Source: Syntrophales bacterium | Lineage (GTDB): Bacteria > Desulfobacterota > Syntrophia > Syntrophales > CG2-30-49-12 | Reading direction: 5' to 3' | NCBI GenBank assembly: GCA_030018935.1 | Contig: JASEGZ010000004.1 | Span: 918-64,917, forward strand | Length of the DNA stretch: 64,000 nt | Shown: piece after piece, positions 1 through 8,916 of the stretch | How the letters are laid out: every line of letters starts with the position of its first letter | Numbering within the stretch: the stretch's first letter is position 1 | Notes under the pieces: model-generated | What the model was told of the DNA's origin: nothing | Databases searched by the model: none | Seen by the model: only the letters and a program-made list of their open reading frames with translations | Program-made: the position numbers and the translations under genes

Positions 1-110
1 GGCCCCCTGGTCATACAGGAAACTTCCTTCTTCCTCTACCTGAACAACCTGTTTCCCAGGCAGAACTGAAGGGTGGAAATGGCAAGAGAGTTAGAGAAGG
101 AGGTTCTGCT

Positions 111-144
111 CTTGACTTACGACTTACGACGGATGACTTATGAC
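111..144. repeat. heptamer-phased intergenic repeat (GACTTAC/GACTTAT word family)
   Basis: CTTGACTTACGACTTACGACGGATGACTTATGAC followed by T6A8. The same 7-nt words recur on either strand at 17213-17245, 43145-43191 and 46890-46931. Confidence 0.7.
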
Positions 145-165
145 TTTTTTAAAAAAAAGAGGACC

Positions 166-945
166 ATGATTTTAGAAGAAATTGTAGAGGCTAAAAAAGG
201 AGAAGTCGCCAATCTAAAGAGGATCAGACCCCTTGTTGAACTGAAGGAAGCCCTCCGGGATACGCCCTGCCCCCGCAACTTCAGAGAGGCGATCTCATCC
301 TCTGACTGTTCCATCATTGCTGAGGTGAAGAGACGTTCCCCATCCAAAGGGACCCTCAGAGAAGACTTCAACCCGGTAAAGATTGCCGTCATCTATAAAG
401 AAAGCGGGGCCGCTGCCATCTCCGTTCTCACGGAGGAAAAATTTTTCGGTGGAGACAGCTCTTACCTCCTCGGTATTAAAAAAATCGTTGACCTCCCTCT
501 CCTGAGGAAGGATTTTATTATTGATCCTTACCAGATCTACGAGACGAGAGTCATCGGCGGTGACGCCCTCCTCCTCATTGCCGGTATCCTGAAAGAGGAA
601 CAATTAAAGGATTTTATTCATCTGACGGAATCGCTGGGACTTTCCCCCCTCACAGAGGCGCATACACGGGAAGAACTGGATAAGGCGCTGTCCGCCGGGG
701 CTGACATCATCGGGATCAACAACAGAGACCTGAAAAATTTTTCTACAGACCTGAAAACCAGCCTGGAACTGGTCCTTTCTATTCCCGGAGATAAGACGGT
801 GGTCAGCGAAAGCGGCATCCATACAAGAGGAGATATTGAAATCCTGATGAAGGCGGGTATTCATTGCTTCCTGGTGGGTGAGGCGTTGATGCGGGCCCAC
901 GACATGGGTGCAAAACTGAGAGAACTTCTGGGTAAGGGGGAATAA
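166..945 (+). CDS. trpC: indole-3-glycerol-phosphate synthase
   Basis: Translation of ORF 73..945 shows TrpC hallmarks (IAEVKRRSPSKG, LRKDFIIDPYQI, GINNRDLKNF, SESGI). Start moved to ATG 166 (AGAGGA upstream) because codons 73-165 are encoded by the repeat element. Followed directly by trpF. Confidence 0.9.
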   Translation: MILEEIVEAKKGEVANLKRIRPLVELKEALRDTPCPRNFREAISSSDCSIIAEVKRRSPSKGTLREDFNPVKIAVIYKESGAAAISVLTEEKFFGGDSSYLLGIKKIVDLPLLRKDFIIDPYQIYETRVIGGDALLLIAGILKEEQLKDFIHLTESLGLSPLTEAHTREELDKALSAGADIIGINNRDLKNFSTDLKTSLELVLSIPGDKTVVSESGIHTRGDIEILMKAGIHCFLVGEALMRAHDMGAKLRELLGKGE

Positions 946-946
946 A

Positions 947-1678
947 GTGACAAAGGTAAAGATCTGCGGGATCACAAACCTGAAAGACGCCTTGCATGCG
1001 GCCGATTGCGGGGCTGACGCCCTCGGTTTCATTTACTATCCGAAGAGTCCCCGGTACGTGGCGCCGGAGGTCGCCAGGAAAATTATCGAAGAGCTTCCCC
1101 CTGGAATTACGAAGGTCGGCGTTTTTGTCAATCAAGATGCCGAAGAGATTAGGGAACTGGTGGAATTCTGCGGTCTTGACATGATCCAGCTTCACGGAGA
1201 TGAATCTCCCGCCTATTGCCGTCAATTTCCGGCGTCTGTCCTGATCAAGTCCCTTTCCCTCCGAGTGGCGCATGACCTTGTAAAGTTGAGGAACTACCCT
1301 GTAAAGACGATCCTGGTTGATGCCTATGACCCTGGACTCTACGGAGGAACGGGGAAAAAAGCGAACTGGGAGCTGGCCATAAAGGTCAAGGAGACACACC
1401 CCCTCATCCTCTCCGGTGGTTTAAACGTGGACAATATACGGCAGGCCATCGAGACAGTTTTGCCCCAGGCTGTTGACATTAACAGCGGCGTTGAAACTTC
1501 ACCGGGGAAAAAAGACCCCAAAATGGTCAGGAAAATCATCGAGATCGTACGACAGACAGATTTAGACAAAAAAGGTGACCTACCAGCAGATAAAAATACC
1601 GTAAGCGTTCAGCTATCAGCCTTCAGTTTTCAGCGAAAACAGAAAGATACCAGGGGAAGTTCACAACTTCCAGGATGA
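947..1678 (+). CDS. trpF: phosphoribosylanthranilate isomerase
   Basis: GTG start 2 nt after the trpC stop. VKICGIT...DALGFIYYPKSPRYV...QLHGDE...SGGLNVDNI pattern is typical of TrpF. The last ~38 codons run into repeat element 1601-1746, so the true C-terminus is uncertain. Confidence 0.88.
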   Translation: MTKVKICGITNLKDALHAADCGADALGFIYYPKSPRYVAPEVARKIIEELPPGITKVGVFVNQDAEEIRELVEFCGLDMIQLHGDESPAYCRQFPASVLIKSLSLRVAHDLVKLRNYPVKTILVDAYDPGLYGGTGKKANWELAIKVKETHPLILSGGLNVDNIRQAIETVLPQAVDINSGVETSPGKKDPKMVRKIIEIVRQTDLDKKGDLPADKNTVSVQLSAFSFQRKQKDTRGSSQLPG

Positions 1679-1746
1679 GTTTTCATACGTATGTTTTGTC
1701 TTGACTTGTTTTACTGGTTGCTGATAGCTGACAGCTGAGCGCTTAC
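1601..1746. repeat. inverted-repeat element (GTAAGCGTTCAGCTATCAGC arms)
   Basis: Left arm GTAAGCGTTCAGCTATCAGC (1601-1620) and right arm GCTGATAGCTGACAGCTGAGCGCTTAC (1720-1746) are near reverse complements. A second copy of the same arm pair is at 14007-14102. Confidence 0.75.
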
Positions 1747-1773
1747 TTATTAATTAACTTTGGGAGGTAAATC

Positions 1774-1986
1774 ATGAAAGAAAAGGTTGAAGCTGCTCTG
1801 TCTAAGATAAAACCAATGTTGGCAGGTGTTGATGTGGTAATAAGAGAAATCAATGATGGTGTTTTGAAAGTCCAGATTTTCATGGCCAGTTGTGGAGTCG
1901 GGCTGAGCAAGGAAATGGTCATGGAAATGCTTGAAGAGCATCTTAATAAAGAGGTGCCTGAGGTTAAAGAGATAGTCGCCGTCTAA
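1774..1986 (+). CDS. NifU C-terminal (Nfu)-like small protein
   Basis: 70 aa with GGAGG-type RBS. The pattern V..AL..IKPML.G.DV....I.DGVLKV...ASCG......M.EMLEEHL...VPEV resembles the NifU C-terminal domain, but only one Cys of the CxxC is present. Confidence 0.55.
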   Translation: MKEKVEAALSKIKPMLAGVDVVIREINDGVLKVQIFMASCGVGLSKEMVMEMLEEHLNKEVPEVKEIVAV

Positions 1987-2064
1987 GCAGGTAAGGGGAG
2001 CCATTGTTCTTTTCAGACAATTCGTTATCCGGTAGAGATTGTTACATCAAGAAAAGGGGAAGGG

Positions 2065-2997
2065 ATGCATTTTGAAAGACCGGAAATTATAAGACCACCG
2101 AGTGAGTGGAAAAGCTATTTTCTTCCCTTAACTAAAGGTTGCTCCAACAATACCTGTACCTTTTGCGGTTACTACGGGTCTAAACTACAGATCAGAGAAA
2201 TCAGCGAGGTGAAGGAAGAGATCGATGCCCTATCTCTGTACATGGAGACCGGCATCTGGTTATCCGCTGTTCCTGATATTGTGTATCATATAGCCCGGAG
2301 TTGGGACGGGAAAAGGGTGTTTCTCCAGGATGGTGATGCCTTAATTTATCCCTTCCCCAAACTGAAGGAAATTCTCGCATATCTGAATGAAAAATTTCCT
2401 CATCTGGAGAGAATAGCCACTTACACTACTCCTCAAGATATTCTGAGGAGAAACCCTGACGAATTAAGAACCCTCAAGGAGCTAAAATTAGGAATTTTTT
2501 ATACCGGCCTGGAAAGTGGGTGGGATGAGGTACTCCTTAAAGTGGGTAAGGGGATAAATTCCCATCAGATAATTGAAGCGGGGAAAAGAGCCAGGCAGGC
2601 AGGCATTAATATGTCGCTGACTGTTATTTTGGGGCTGGCTGGCCTCGAAGGAAGCCGGGAACATGCCATGGAGACTGCCAGGGTTCTTTCCGAAATTGAC
2701 CCTGAATATGCTGGCGCCCTGACGTTAACCTTAGTTTCCGGTACCCCTCTATACCAGGAATGGAAAGAAGATAAATTTCACCCCATCTCTCCCTTTGAGT
2801 CTCTTGAAGAGCTGAGAACAATCATAGAAAATTCTAATTTTACTGCCTGTTTTTTCAGTTCCATGCATGCCTCAAATTATCAGGCGGTGCGGGGAAGATT
2901 ACCTCAGGAAAAGGAGAGAATGATGGGGGAACTAAATTACGCGCTGGAAAGAAGGGACCCTTCTTTACTCCGGCCTGAGTTTCTCAGAGGATTGTAA
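2065..2997 (+). CDS. radical SAM domain protein (unknown substrate)
   Basis: N-terminal GCSNNTCTFCGYY cysteine triad (C26, C31, C34) followed by a TIM-barrel-like G-rich segment (FLQDGDAL). 310 aa. Confidence 0.7.
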   Translation: MHFERPEIIRPPSEWKSYFLPLTKGCSNNTCTFCGYYGSKLQIREISEVKEEIDALSLYMETGIWLSAVPDIVYHIARSWDGKRVFLQDGDALIYPFPKLKEILAYLNEKFPHLERIATYTTPQDILRRNPDELRTLKELKLGIFYTGLESGWDEVLLKVGKGINSHQIIEAGKRARQAGINMSLTVILGLAGLEGSREHAMETARVLSEIDPEYAGALTLTLVSGTPLYQEWKEDKFHPISPFESLEELRTIIENSNFTACFFSSMHASNYQAVRGRLPQEKERMMGELNYALERRDPSLLRPEFLRGL

Positions 2998-3048
2998 AGG
3001 TAAGGATGTTCTCTCTGTTCATTTCTGTTACAAGAGGACTTGATCGTA

Positions 3049-3612
3049 ATGAAGCCCGCCATACTTGTTGTGGACATGATTAAAGATACCTTTTCCGAAG
3101 AGGATAGGAACCCGGTGGCGCCCTTTGCCAGAGAGATGATTCCGCGCATTAATAATCTCACAGATGTTGCAAGGGAGCGAAATATCCCCGTTATATTTTC
3201 CACGGACAGCTTCCTCCCCGGTGATTTCATCTTCGGGGGAAGGATGAAAGAGCACTCCCTCCGCGGCACGGAAGGCGCTGAGGTTGTTGACGATCTTATC
3301 CAGTCAAAAACAGATATTTATGTCCCCAAGCGAAGATTCAGCGCTTTTTTTAAGACAGATATTGATCAAACACTGCGTCTGCATGGAGTTGATACGGTCG
3401 TTATCACGGGGATCAACTCCCACTGGTGTGTCTTAAGCACAGCGATGGATGCACTCTCCCATGACTTCTGCGCTTACATTATAGAGGATTGCTGCGCGAG
3501 TTTCAGCAGGGAAGTTCATGAAACCATAATGAATATTTATAGAAAAAATCCGCTCCGTCCCCTTTTTCAAGTCATGAAGATGGAGGAGTTTTTGAGAGAA
3601 CTTCAAATATGA
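3049..3612 (+). CDS. isochorismatase-family cysteine hydrolase (nicotinamidase-like)
   Basis: ILVVDM..D (catalytic Asp region), KRRFSAFF, and VITGINSHWCVLSTAMDA with the catalytic Cys. Start set to ATG 3049 inside ORF 3040..3612. Confidence 0.8.
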   Translation: MKPAILVVDMIKDTFSEEDRNPVAPFAREMIPRINNLTDVARERNIPVIFSTDSFLPGDFIFGGRMKEHSLRGTEGAEVVDDLIQSKTDIYVPKRRFSAFFKTDIDQTLRLHGVDTVVITGINSHWCVLSTAMDALSHDFCAYIIEDCCASFSREVHETIMNIYRKNPLRPLFQVMKMEEFLRELQI

Positions 3613-3664
3613 GATTGCAGGGCGCCGGTAGGTGGAAAAATCAGCAGGAGGTGATAGTCATAAA

Positions 3665-4480
3665 ATGGTGACGGAGCCCAAGGATGCAGCAACTGTCATC
3701 CTCCTCCGGGAAAGTCCTAACTTTGCCGGAGGAGGTATCGAAGTCCTGATGGTCAGGCGGCACCACGATAACGTGTTTGTGCCGGGCCGTTATGTGTACC
3801 CTGGCGGCGCTCTGGATGAAAATGACTACGTCTCCGGGATGGAAAACTTCTGCCACGGCCTTGATCAAGGTAAGGCTCAACGTCTCATCGTTAATATTTC
3901 TCCGCCGGAAAAAGCCCTCGGGGCATGGGTTGCTGGAATAAGGGAGACCTTTGAGGAAGTAGGTCTCCTTCTGGCCTACGAGAGGGATGGAACCCTCGTT
4001 TCTTTCGAGGCAAAAAAACGAGCGAAAAGATTCATGACCTATCGGCAGTTGCTTGCTGAGGGGAAGATCAAGTTGAAAGAAGTGCTTGAAAATGAAGGGC
4101 TTACGCTGGCAACGAACAGACTCCACTATTTTTCCCACTGGGTTACACCGGAGTTACTTCCTATTCGCTATGATGTGAGGTTCTTTGTTTCTGAAGCTCT
4201 GGAAAATCAGGAACCCCTGCACGATGGGCTTGAACTGGTCGAACACAGGTGGATCAAGTCACAGGATGCCCTCTATGAGTATGAACATAAAAACTTCAAT
4301 CTGGTCCTCCCGACAATTATGACCCTCAGAGAGCTCTGTCAATTCAAAACCGTGGAAGAGGTTATCCGTTCCACAGAAGGGAAAAATATCCCCAGGATAC
4401 TTACAAAGATGGTGCAGAAGGGGGATCAAAGCGTGGAGATCATGCCGGATGGGTCATTCTGGGGTCCTTCTCCCCTTTAA
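3665..4480 (+). CDS. NUDIX hydrolase family protein
   Basis: Nudix-box-like G..YVYPGGALDEND...AGIRETFEEVGLLL. Start ATG 3665 (AGGAGG upstream) within ORF 3632..4480. Confidence 0.7.
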   Translation: MVTEPKDAATVILLRESPNFAGGGIEVLMVRRHHDNVFVPGRYVYPGGALDENDYVSGMENFCHGLDQGKAQRLIVNISPPEKALGAWVAGIRETFEEVGLLLAYERDGTLVSFEAKKRAKRFMTYRQLLAEGKIKLKEVLENEGLTLATNRLHYFSHWVTPELLPIRYDVRFFVSEALENQEPLHDGLELVEHRWIKSQDALYEYEHKNFNLVLPTIMTLRELCQFKTVEEVIRSTEGKNIPRILTKMVQKGDQSVEIMPDGSFWGPSPL

Positions 4481-4585
4481 GGGCTTGCCTGCTTAATCCG
4501 TTTAGGTGTTTAGACCGAAGACTAAAGGGTCATAATAGCCTTCAGCCTTCAGTCTATCCACCTAAGTAGTTACGCTTTATTTTTG

Positions 4586-4613
4586 TTGACTATTCCTTAC
4601 CATCTATGATAAT
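4586..4613 (+). promoter_or_regulatory. candidate sigma-70 promoter (TTGACT-16-GATAAT)
   Basis: TTGACT at 4586-4591 and GATAAT at 4608-4613, upstream of the DUF2520-panB pair. Sequence match only. Confidence 0.35.
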
Positions 4614-4796
4614 TAAAACCTATCCGCTTGGATCTGCAAGGACGGACTGAGACGGAATGGTCAAAAGTAATAGTTAAAATGGTATATTATGGCCTTCCGT
4701 AATCTGTGCGGAGGGCTTTTTTTTGCGGGAAGGACGGTTATCAGGACAGAAAAGAAGACGGAACACTTAACTTTTTTCAAGAAAGGATATCGCCTG

Positions 4797-5729
4797 ATGA
4801 TTGAACCAACAACCACTCAGGAAACAGGTAAAGACAGTATCGCCATTATCGGTCTGGGTAAGGTGGGCACGGCAGTTGGATTTCTCCTGCGATCTGCCGG
4901 TTACACGATTGTTGCCGTTGCCAGCCGATCCGCTTCCTCCATCGAACAGGCCCTGCCCTATACAGAGGGGAAAGCCTTTTCCAGTCTCTCCGAGGCAGCC
5001 TCGCAGGCAGAATGCATATTGATTACCACCGGTGATGATGCCATTGCCCCTGTATGCGAAGAGATAGTAAGGGGAGGAGGGGTAAAACCTGATAGCAAGG
5101 TAGTCCATATGAGCGGAGCGGGAGGCCTTGATCTCCTCGATGCGGCACGCCGGGCAGGAGCACACGTGGCAAGTATCCACCCCATTCAGACTTTCGCCGA
5201 CGTAAAAGGCGCCATAGAAAGCATACCCGGCAGCACATTCGGCATCACGGCAGATGATGAAATCAAGGACTGGTCTGTAAAAATAGTCCGGGATCTGGGA
5301 GGTATCCCTTTTTTTGTCCCTGAGGCTGACAAACCCCTCTACCATGCCGCCGCCTGCATGGCCTCGAACTATCTGGTCACCCTGATGCACACCGTGGAAA
5401 GTATTTACACCTCTCTCGGTTTGACCGGTGAAGAGGCCATTCACGCCTTCTGGCCCCTTGTCAAAGGCACCATAAAAAATATAGAAACGAAAGGGACTAT
5501 CTTGTCCCTGACCGGTCCTATATCCCGTGGTGATGCCGGCACTATCGAAAAACACTTGCAGGCCTTTCGGGAAAAGCTTCCCGCTCTCCTTCCGGCTTAC
5601 TGCGCGATGGGGATTTTGACGACAGACCTTGGCCTGAAGAAAAAAACGCTCTCTGCTGACAGTGCGGAGATCATAAAAAAATTATTAGGAGGAGGACGAG
5701 AAGATGAGCAAGCAGGAAAAGATCACTAA
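4797..5729 (+). CDS. Rossmann-fold NAD(P)-binding protein with DUF2520-type C-terminal domain (possible PanG-type ketopantoate reductase)
   Basis: [14 protein letters not shown] dinucleotide-binding loop near the N-terminus. Start set to ATG 4797. The 3-prime end overlaps the panB start by 26 nt. Confidence 0.6.
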   Translation: MIEPTTTQETGKDSIAIIGLGKVGTAVGFLLRSAGYTIVAVASRSASSIEQALPYTEGKAFSSLSEAASQAECILITTGDDAIAPVCEEIVRGGGVKPDSKVVHMSGAGGLDLLDAARRAGAHVASIHPIQTFADVKGAIESIPGSTFGITADDEIKDWSVKIVRDLGGIPFFVPEADKPLYHAAACMASNYLVTLMHTVESIYTSLGLTGEEAIHAFWPLVKGTIKNIETKGTILSLTGPISRGDAGTIEKHLQAFREKLPALLPAYCAMGILTTDLGLKKKTLSADSAEIIKKLLGGGREDEQAGKDH

Positions 5730-6519
5730 GATCACCACGGCCGTTGTCCGTGAGATGAAAAAAAGTGGAGAGAAGATCACCATGTTGACAGCCTATGATT
5801 ACTCTACGGCTGCTGTTCTCGATCAATCGGGCGTAGACATCCTCCTCGTAGGCGATTCTCTGGGGATGGTTGTCCTCGGTTATGACAGTACTCTGCCCGT
5901 TACTATGGAAGATATGATCCATCATACCAGAGCGGTCTCGCGGGCCGCAAAGCGCGCCATGGTGATCGGCGACATGCCTTTCATGTCCTACCAGGTCTCT
6001 GTTGAGGATGCCCTGTACAATGCCGGTCGTTTCCTTCAGGAGGCAGGCGCCCATGGCATCAAATTAGAGGGGGGCAGAGATATGGCGGAGACCACGAGAA
6101 AAATCACCTCAGCAGGGATTCCCGTCATGGCCCATCTTGGTCTCACTCCCCAGTCCGTCCATCAATTCGGGGGTTTCAAGGTACAGGGGAAAGAAGATGC
6201 AGCGGCGAGAAGAATCTTAGAGGATGCCAAAATTCTTGAAGAAGCAGGCGCTTTTTCCCTTGTCCTGGAATGTGTACCTGCCGTCCTGGCCAAAGCCATT
6301 ACCCAATCTCTGACCATACCCACTATCGGCATCGGAGCCGGTGTTGATTGCGATGGTCAGGTCCTCGTCGTCAATGACATGTTGGGGATGTTTGAAAAAT
6401 TCACGCCTCGATTTGTCAAAAAATACGCCAACCTTAACGTACAGATGAAGAAGGCTGTCGGGAGATATATCGAGGAAGTGAGGACGAGTATTTTCCCCGA
6501 TGAGGAACATACATTATAG
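5704..6519 (+). CDS. panB: 3-methyl-2-oxobutanoate hydroxymethyltransferase
   Basis: [34 protein letters not shown] and [11 protein letters not shown] are all classic PanB blocks. Confidence 0.93.
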   Translation: MSKQEKITKITTAVVREMKKSGEKITMLTAYDYSTAAVLDQSGVDILLVGDSLGMVVLGYDSTLPVTMEDMIHHTRAVSRAAKRAMVIGDMPFMSYQVSVEDALYNAGRFLQEAGAHGIKLEGGRDMAETTRKITSAGIPVMAHLGLTPQSVHQFGGFKVQGKEDAAARRILEDAKILEEAGAFSLVLECVPAVLAKAITQSLTIPTIGIGAGVDCDGQVLVVNDMLGMFEKFTPRFVKKYANLNVQMKKAVGRYIEEVRTSIFPDEEHTL

Positions 6520-6538
6520 TAAAACAGGCATAGAACTT

Positions 6539-7630
6539 TTACTGCCCGTGTATAACAATGTTTGCCTTTGCCCTTAATTTTTTCACCAGGGAGGCAAAGG
6601 TTTCCTGCATTTTCTCATGTTCGAGAAAGGAAGCAATATCTTTCTTTGTCTTTTCGTCGAGATTTATGGTTTGCGGTTCATTGTGTTGTAAGACCTGGAT
6701 GATATGGTAGCCGAAATCGGTCTCGACTACGGGGCCGATGGCATCTTTTTTCTGGGAAAAAGCCGCATCCTCAAAAGGCTTAACCATTTGACCGCGTGGG
6801 ATTATACCGAGATCGCCCCCATTCTCTCTGCTGGGGCAATCGGAGTTTTTTCTGGCAAGATCGGCAAAATCAGCGCCTCCCAGCAGTTGTTGGCGCAAAT
6901 TTTCCGCCTTTGCCCTCTTTTCCACTTTGGCTTTATCGTCGTCTCCCGTTGCTTTTGCAATGAGGATATGGCGGGCATGGACAGTCTCAGGCATTTTAAA
7001 CTTGTCCTTATTCTCTTGATAAAATCTGACTATTTCCTTCTCTGTCGGTTTTACCTTGCCGCCCATGGAGGAGAGGACCATTTTGTTAATTTTAATTCCT
7101 AAACGTATTTCCTCCCGCATCTCTTTTTTGCTGATGCGGTTCTTCTCCATGATGTCCTCGATTGTAACCCCGGAAGGCAACGTGGCCTTCAGTCGCTCAA
7201 TCGCTTCCGTAACCTCTTGTTCCGTGGCACTGATCTTTTGCCTGTTCACCTCGTTCGTAAGGAGCGTGTGTAAGATAAATTCATCTATGAGCTTTTTTCG
7301 CAGACCTGTCCTTACCTGCGGGAGACGATCAGTAGGTATCTGTTTCTTGATAACCGCCAACTTATCTCTTGTTTCCCTGTCCAGTTGACCCTGGGTAAGT
7401 TTTGTACCGTCAACTTCGACCACCATGGCAGATGGCCCAGCAGGGACTGTTGAAGGAAAGATGGATGGTGGTACGGTCTGTGGGAGTGCCTGCTTCACTT
7501 CTGGCTTTTGGGGCGGAGTCTTTGCAACTTTCGGCTTTTCTTCTTTTGAGTTACAGCCGGCTATTACAAGCAAAACCAGGCAGGTAAATATGTTGATGGT
7601 AATGATGGAGCTATATTTTCGGTTTTTCAT
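6539..7630 (-). CDS. parvulin-type peptidyl-prolyl isomerase, SurA/PpiD-like lipoprotein
   Basis: Start moved to ATG 7630 (MKNRKYSS...LLVIAGC lipobox signal). C-terminal PpiC domain: ARHILI, FADLA...SDCPS...GGDLG, GYHIIQV. Confidence 0.85.
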   Translation of the reverse strand: MKNRKYSSIITINIFTCLVLLVIAGCNSKEEKPKVAKTPPQKPEVKQALPQTVPPSIFPSTVPAGPSAMVVEVDGTKLTQGQLDRETRDKLAVIKKQIPTDRLPQVRTGLRKKLIDEFILHTLLTNEVNRQKISATEQEVTEAIERLKATLPSGVTIEDIMEKNRISKKEMREEIRLGIKINKMVLSSMGGKVKPTEKEIVRFYQENKDKFKMPETVHARHILIAKATGDDDKAKVEKRAKAENLRQQLLGGADFADLARKNSDCPSRENGGDLGIIPRGQMVKPFEDAAFSQKKDAIGPVVETDFGYHIIQVLQHNEPQTINLDEKTKKDIASFLEHEKMQETFASLVKKLRAKANIVIHGQ

Positions 7631-7814
7631 GATTGTTCCTTTATGATGTAGCAAGACACACAGTAAATGATTTCTTTTCCACGAAAACACGTTAGTAAAT
7701 ACGGTTTCCTGACCGTTCTGACACCTTTCCCCAGGTATGAGGTTGTTGAAGTTAAAGAGAGATAAGAAAAATGCCCCAGTTGTATACCGGGGCATTTCAG
7801 GTTAAAAAGGTTTC

Positions 7815-8015
7815 TTATAATGGATGAACGTTTACAGCGCTTGGTCCTTTGTTACCCTGCTCGACATCAAAGCTAACCCGCTGACTCTCATGTAGTGTCT
7901 TGAACCCAGAACCTTGAATGGCGCTGAAATGAACGAATACATCGCCGCCCTCATCGTTTTCGATAAAACCATACCCCTTTTTCTCGTTAAACCATTTTAC
8001 TCTACCTTCTGCCAA
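7815..8015 (-). CDS. cold-shock protein (CspA family)
   Basis: [15 protein letters not shown] (RNP1) and VFVHFSAI (RNP2). TTG start at 8015 lies 7 nt after AAGGAGGG, and the longer ORF to 8036 would include the RBS. Confidence 0.9.
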   Translation of the reverse strand: MAEGRVKWFNEKKGYGFIENDEGGDVFVHFSAIQGSGFKTLHESQRVSFDVEQGNKGPSAVNVHPL

Positions 8016-8076
8016 CGCTACTCCCTCCTTTCTCAAATTTGTTCAAAGTTGGGCTAACTTAGCAAGAAGTAAAAAA

Positions 8077-8113
8077 AACCACCCCCGCTCTGAATATCGA
8101 GCCGGTAGTGGTT
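8077..8113 (-). terminator. hairpin plus T8 on the minus strand (likely terminator of the hydrolase gene)
   Basis: AACCAC...GTGGTT-bounded imperfect hairpin. The minus strand then reads T8 (plus-strand A8 at 8071-8078). Confidence 0.45.
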
Positions 8114-8235
8114 ATTTTTATACTGCAAAATTTCGCTACCAACTTTTCCCTACCCCGCCGCTCTCAATCTCTCGTTATAAGATGCAATCAAATAACGAGA
8201 GATTAAGCAGTCTGATTACTAATAACATCAATTTT

Positions 8236-8883
8236 TCACAAAATCAAGTAATTTTTTTTCTTTAAGAGGTATTCACGGAGACAGTCAATAATACCATTCT
8301 CTTTTCCAAAATAGAAGTGATCGGCGCCTTTCACTATCCCGAGACGACAATTGATCCGATTGGCAAGTGTTTGCAAGCGCTCGGTTGAACAAAATTGATC
8401 CCTATCACCGGAGATGATGAGGCCGATATTCTCCGGTAGCTCGGAAAAATCAAAGTCGCGGAGGTTAATGGGTGGTGATACGAGAATAACATCTGAGAAG
8501 GAGGCGTGATGGGCAAGCACTTTTAGATTCACCCACGCCCCAAAGGAATAACCGGCGAGAATCACATCCTTCTTTTCTCTCTCCTTGAGAAAATCAATTG
8601 CCCCTATCACGTCTTCCTGCTCCCCTCTTCCCTCATCATAGGCGCCTTCACTCTGTCCCACCCCTCTGAAATTGAATCTCAATGTTGAGTAACCTTTTTC
8701 ATAAAATGTTGAGGCCAGGACTTCCACGACATTATTCCTCATGCTGCCACCCATCAGCGGATGAGGATGGGAAATAACGACACCCCTGGAACCATCACCA
8801 GAGGCATAAAGTCCCTCCAGACACAGGTTGCCGACATAGAAAAAAACGTGTTCTTCTCTCATTTTGAAGATGACACCTTTCAA
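8236..8883 (-). CDS. alpha/beta-fold hydrolase
   Basis: HPHPLMGG, nucleophile elbow GYSFGAW, and C-terminal GADHFY. Start is ambiguous (TTG 8883 or ATG 8862). Confidence 0.7.
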   Translation of the reverse strand: MKGVIFKMREEHVFFYVGNLCLEGLYASGDGSRGVVISHPHPLMGGSMRNNVVEVLASTFYEKGYSTLRFNFRGVGQSEGAYDEGRGEQEDVIGAIDFLKEREKKDVILAGYSFGAWVNLKVLAHHASFSDVILVSPPINLRDFDFSELPENIGLIISGDRDQFCSTERLQTLANRINCRLGIVKGADHFYFGKENGIIDCLREYLLKKKNYLIL

Positions 8884-8916
8884 AGGCCATTCATCGTCAC
8901 CTCACTCTTGCTTCGG

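Noticed and set aside
1-69. Possible 3-prime end of an upstream gene (trpD?) at the window edge
   Set aside because: Frame 1 is open to a TGA at 67-69. However, 22 codons are too few to recognise any family, and another frame is also open, so it is not reported as a feature.
73-165. N-terminal extension of trpC (MEMARELEKEVLLLTYDLRRMTYDFF...)
   Set aside because: It is encoded by the heptamer repeat and a T6A8 tract. TrpC similarity starts at the ATG at 166, which has its own RBS.
2065-2997. Radical SAM gene as the glycyl radical enzyme activase
   Set aside because: It lies ~49 kb from the GRE genes in an unrelated housekeeping context. It lacks the N-terminal CX3CX2C plus ferredoxin-like cysteine clusters expected of PFL2-type activases. 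The activase is most likely outside the window.
4767-5555. 262-aa minus-strand ORF, plus similar long antisense ORFs (803-1399, 23811-24275, 36488-37078, 43729-44319, 45719-46252)
   Set aside because: Each overlaps a confidently identified gene on the other strand, lacks motifs and lacks a convincing RBS. All are treated as shadow ORFs.
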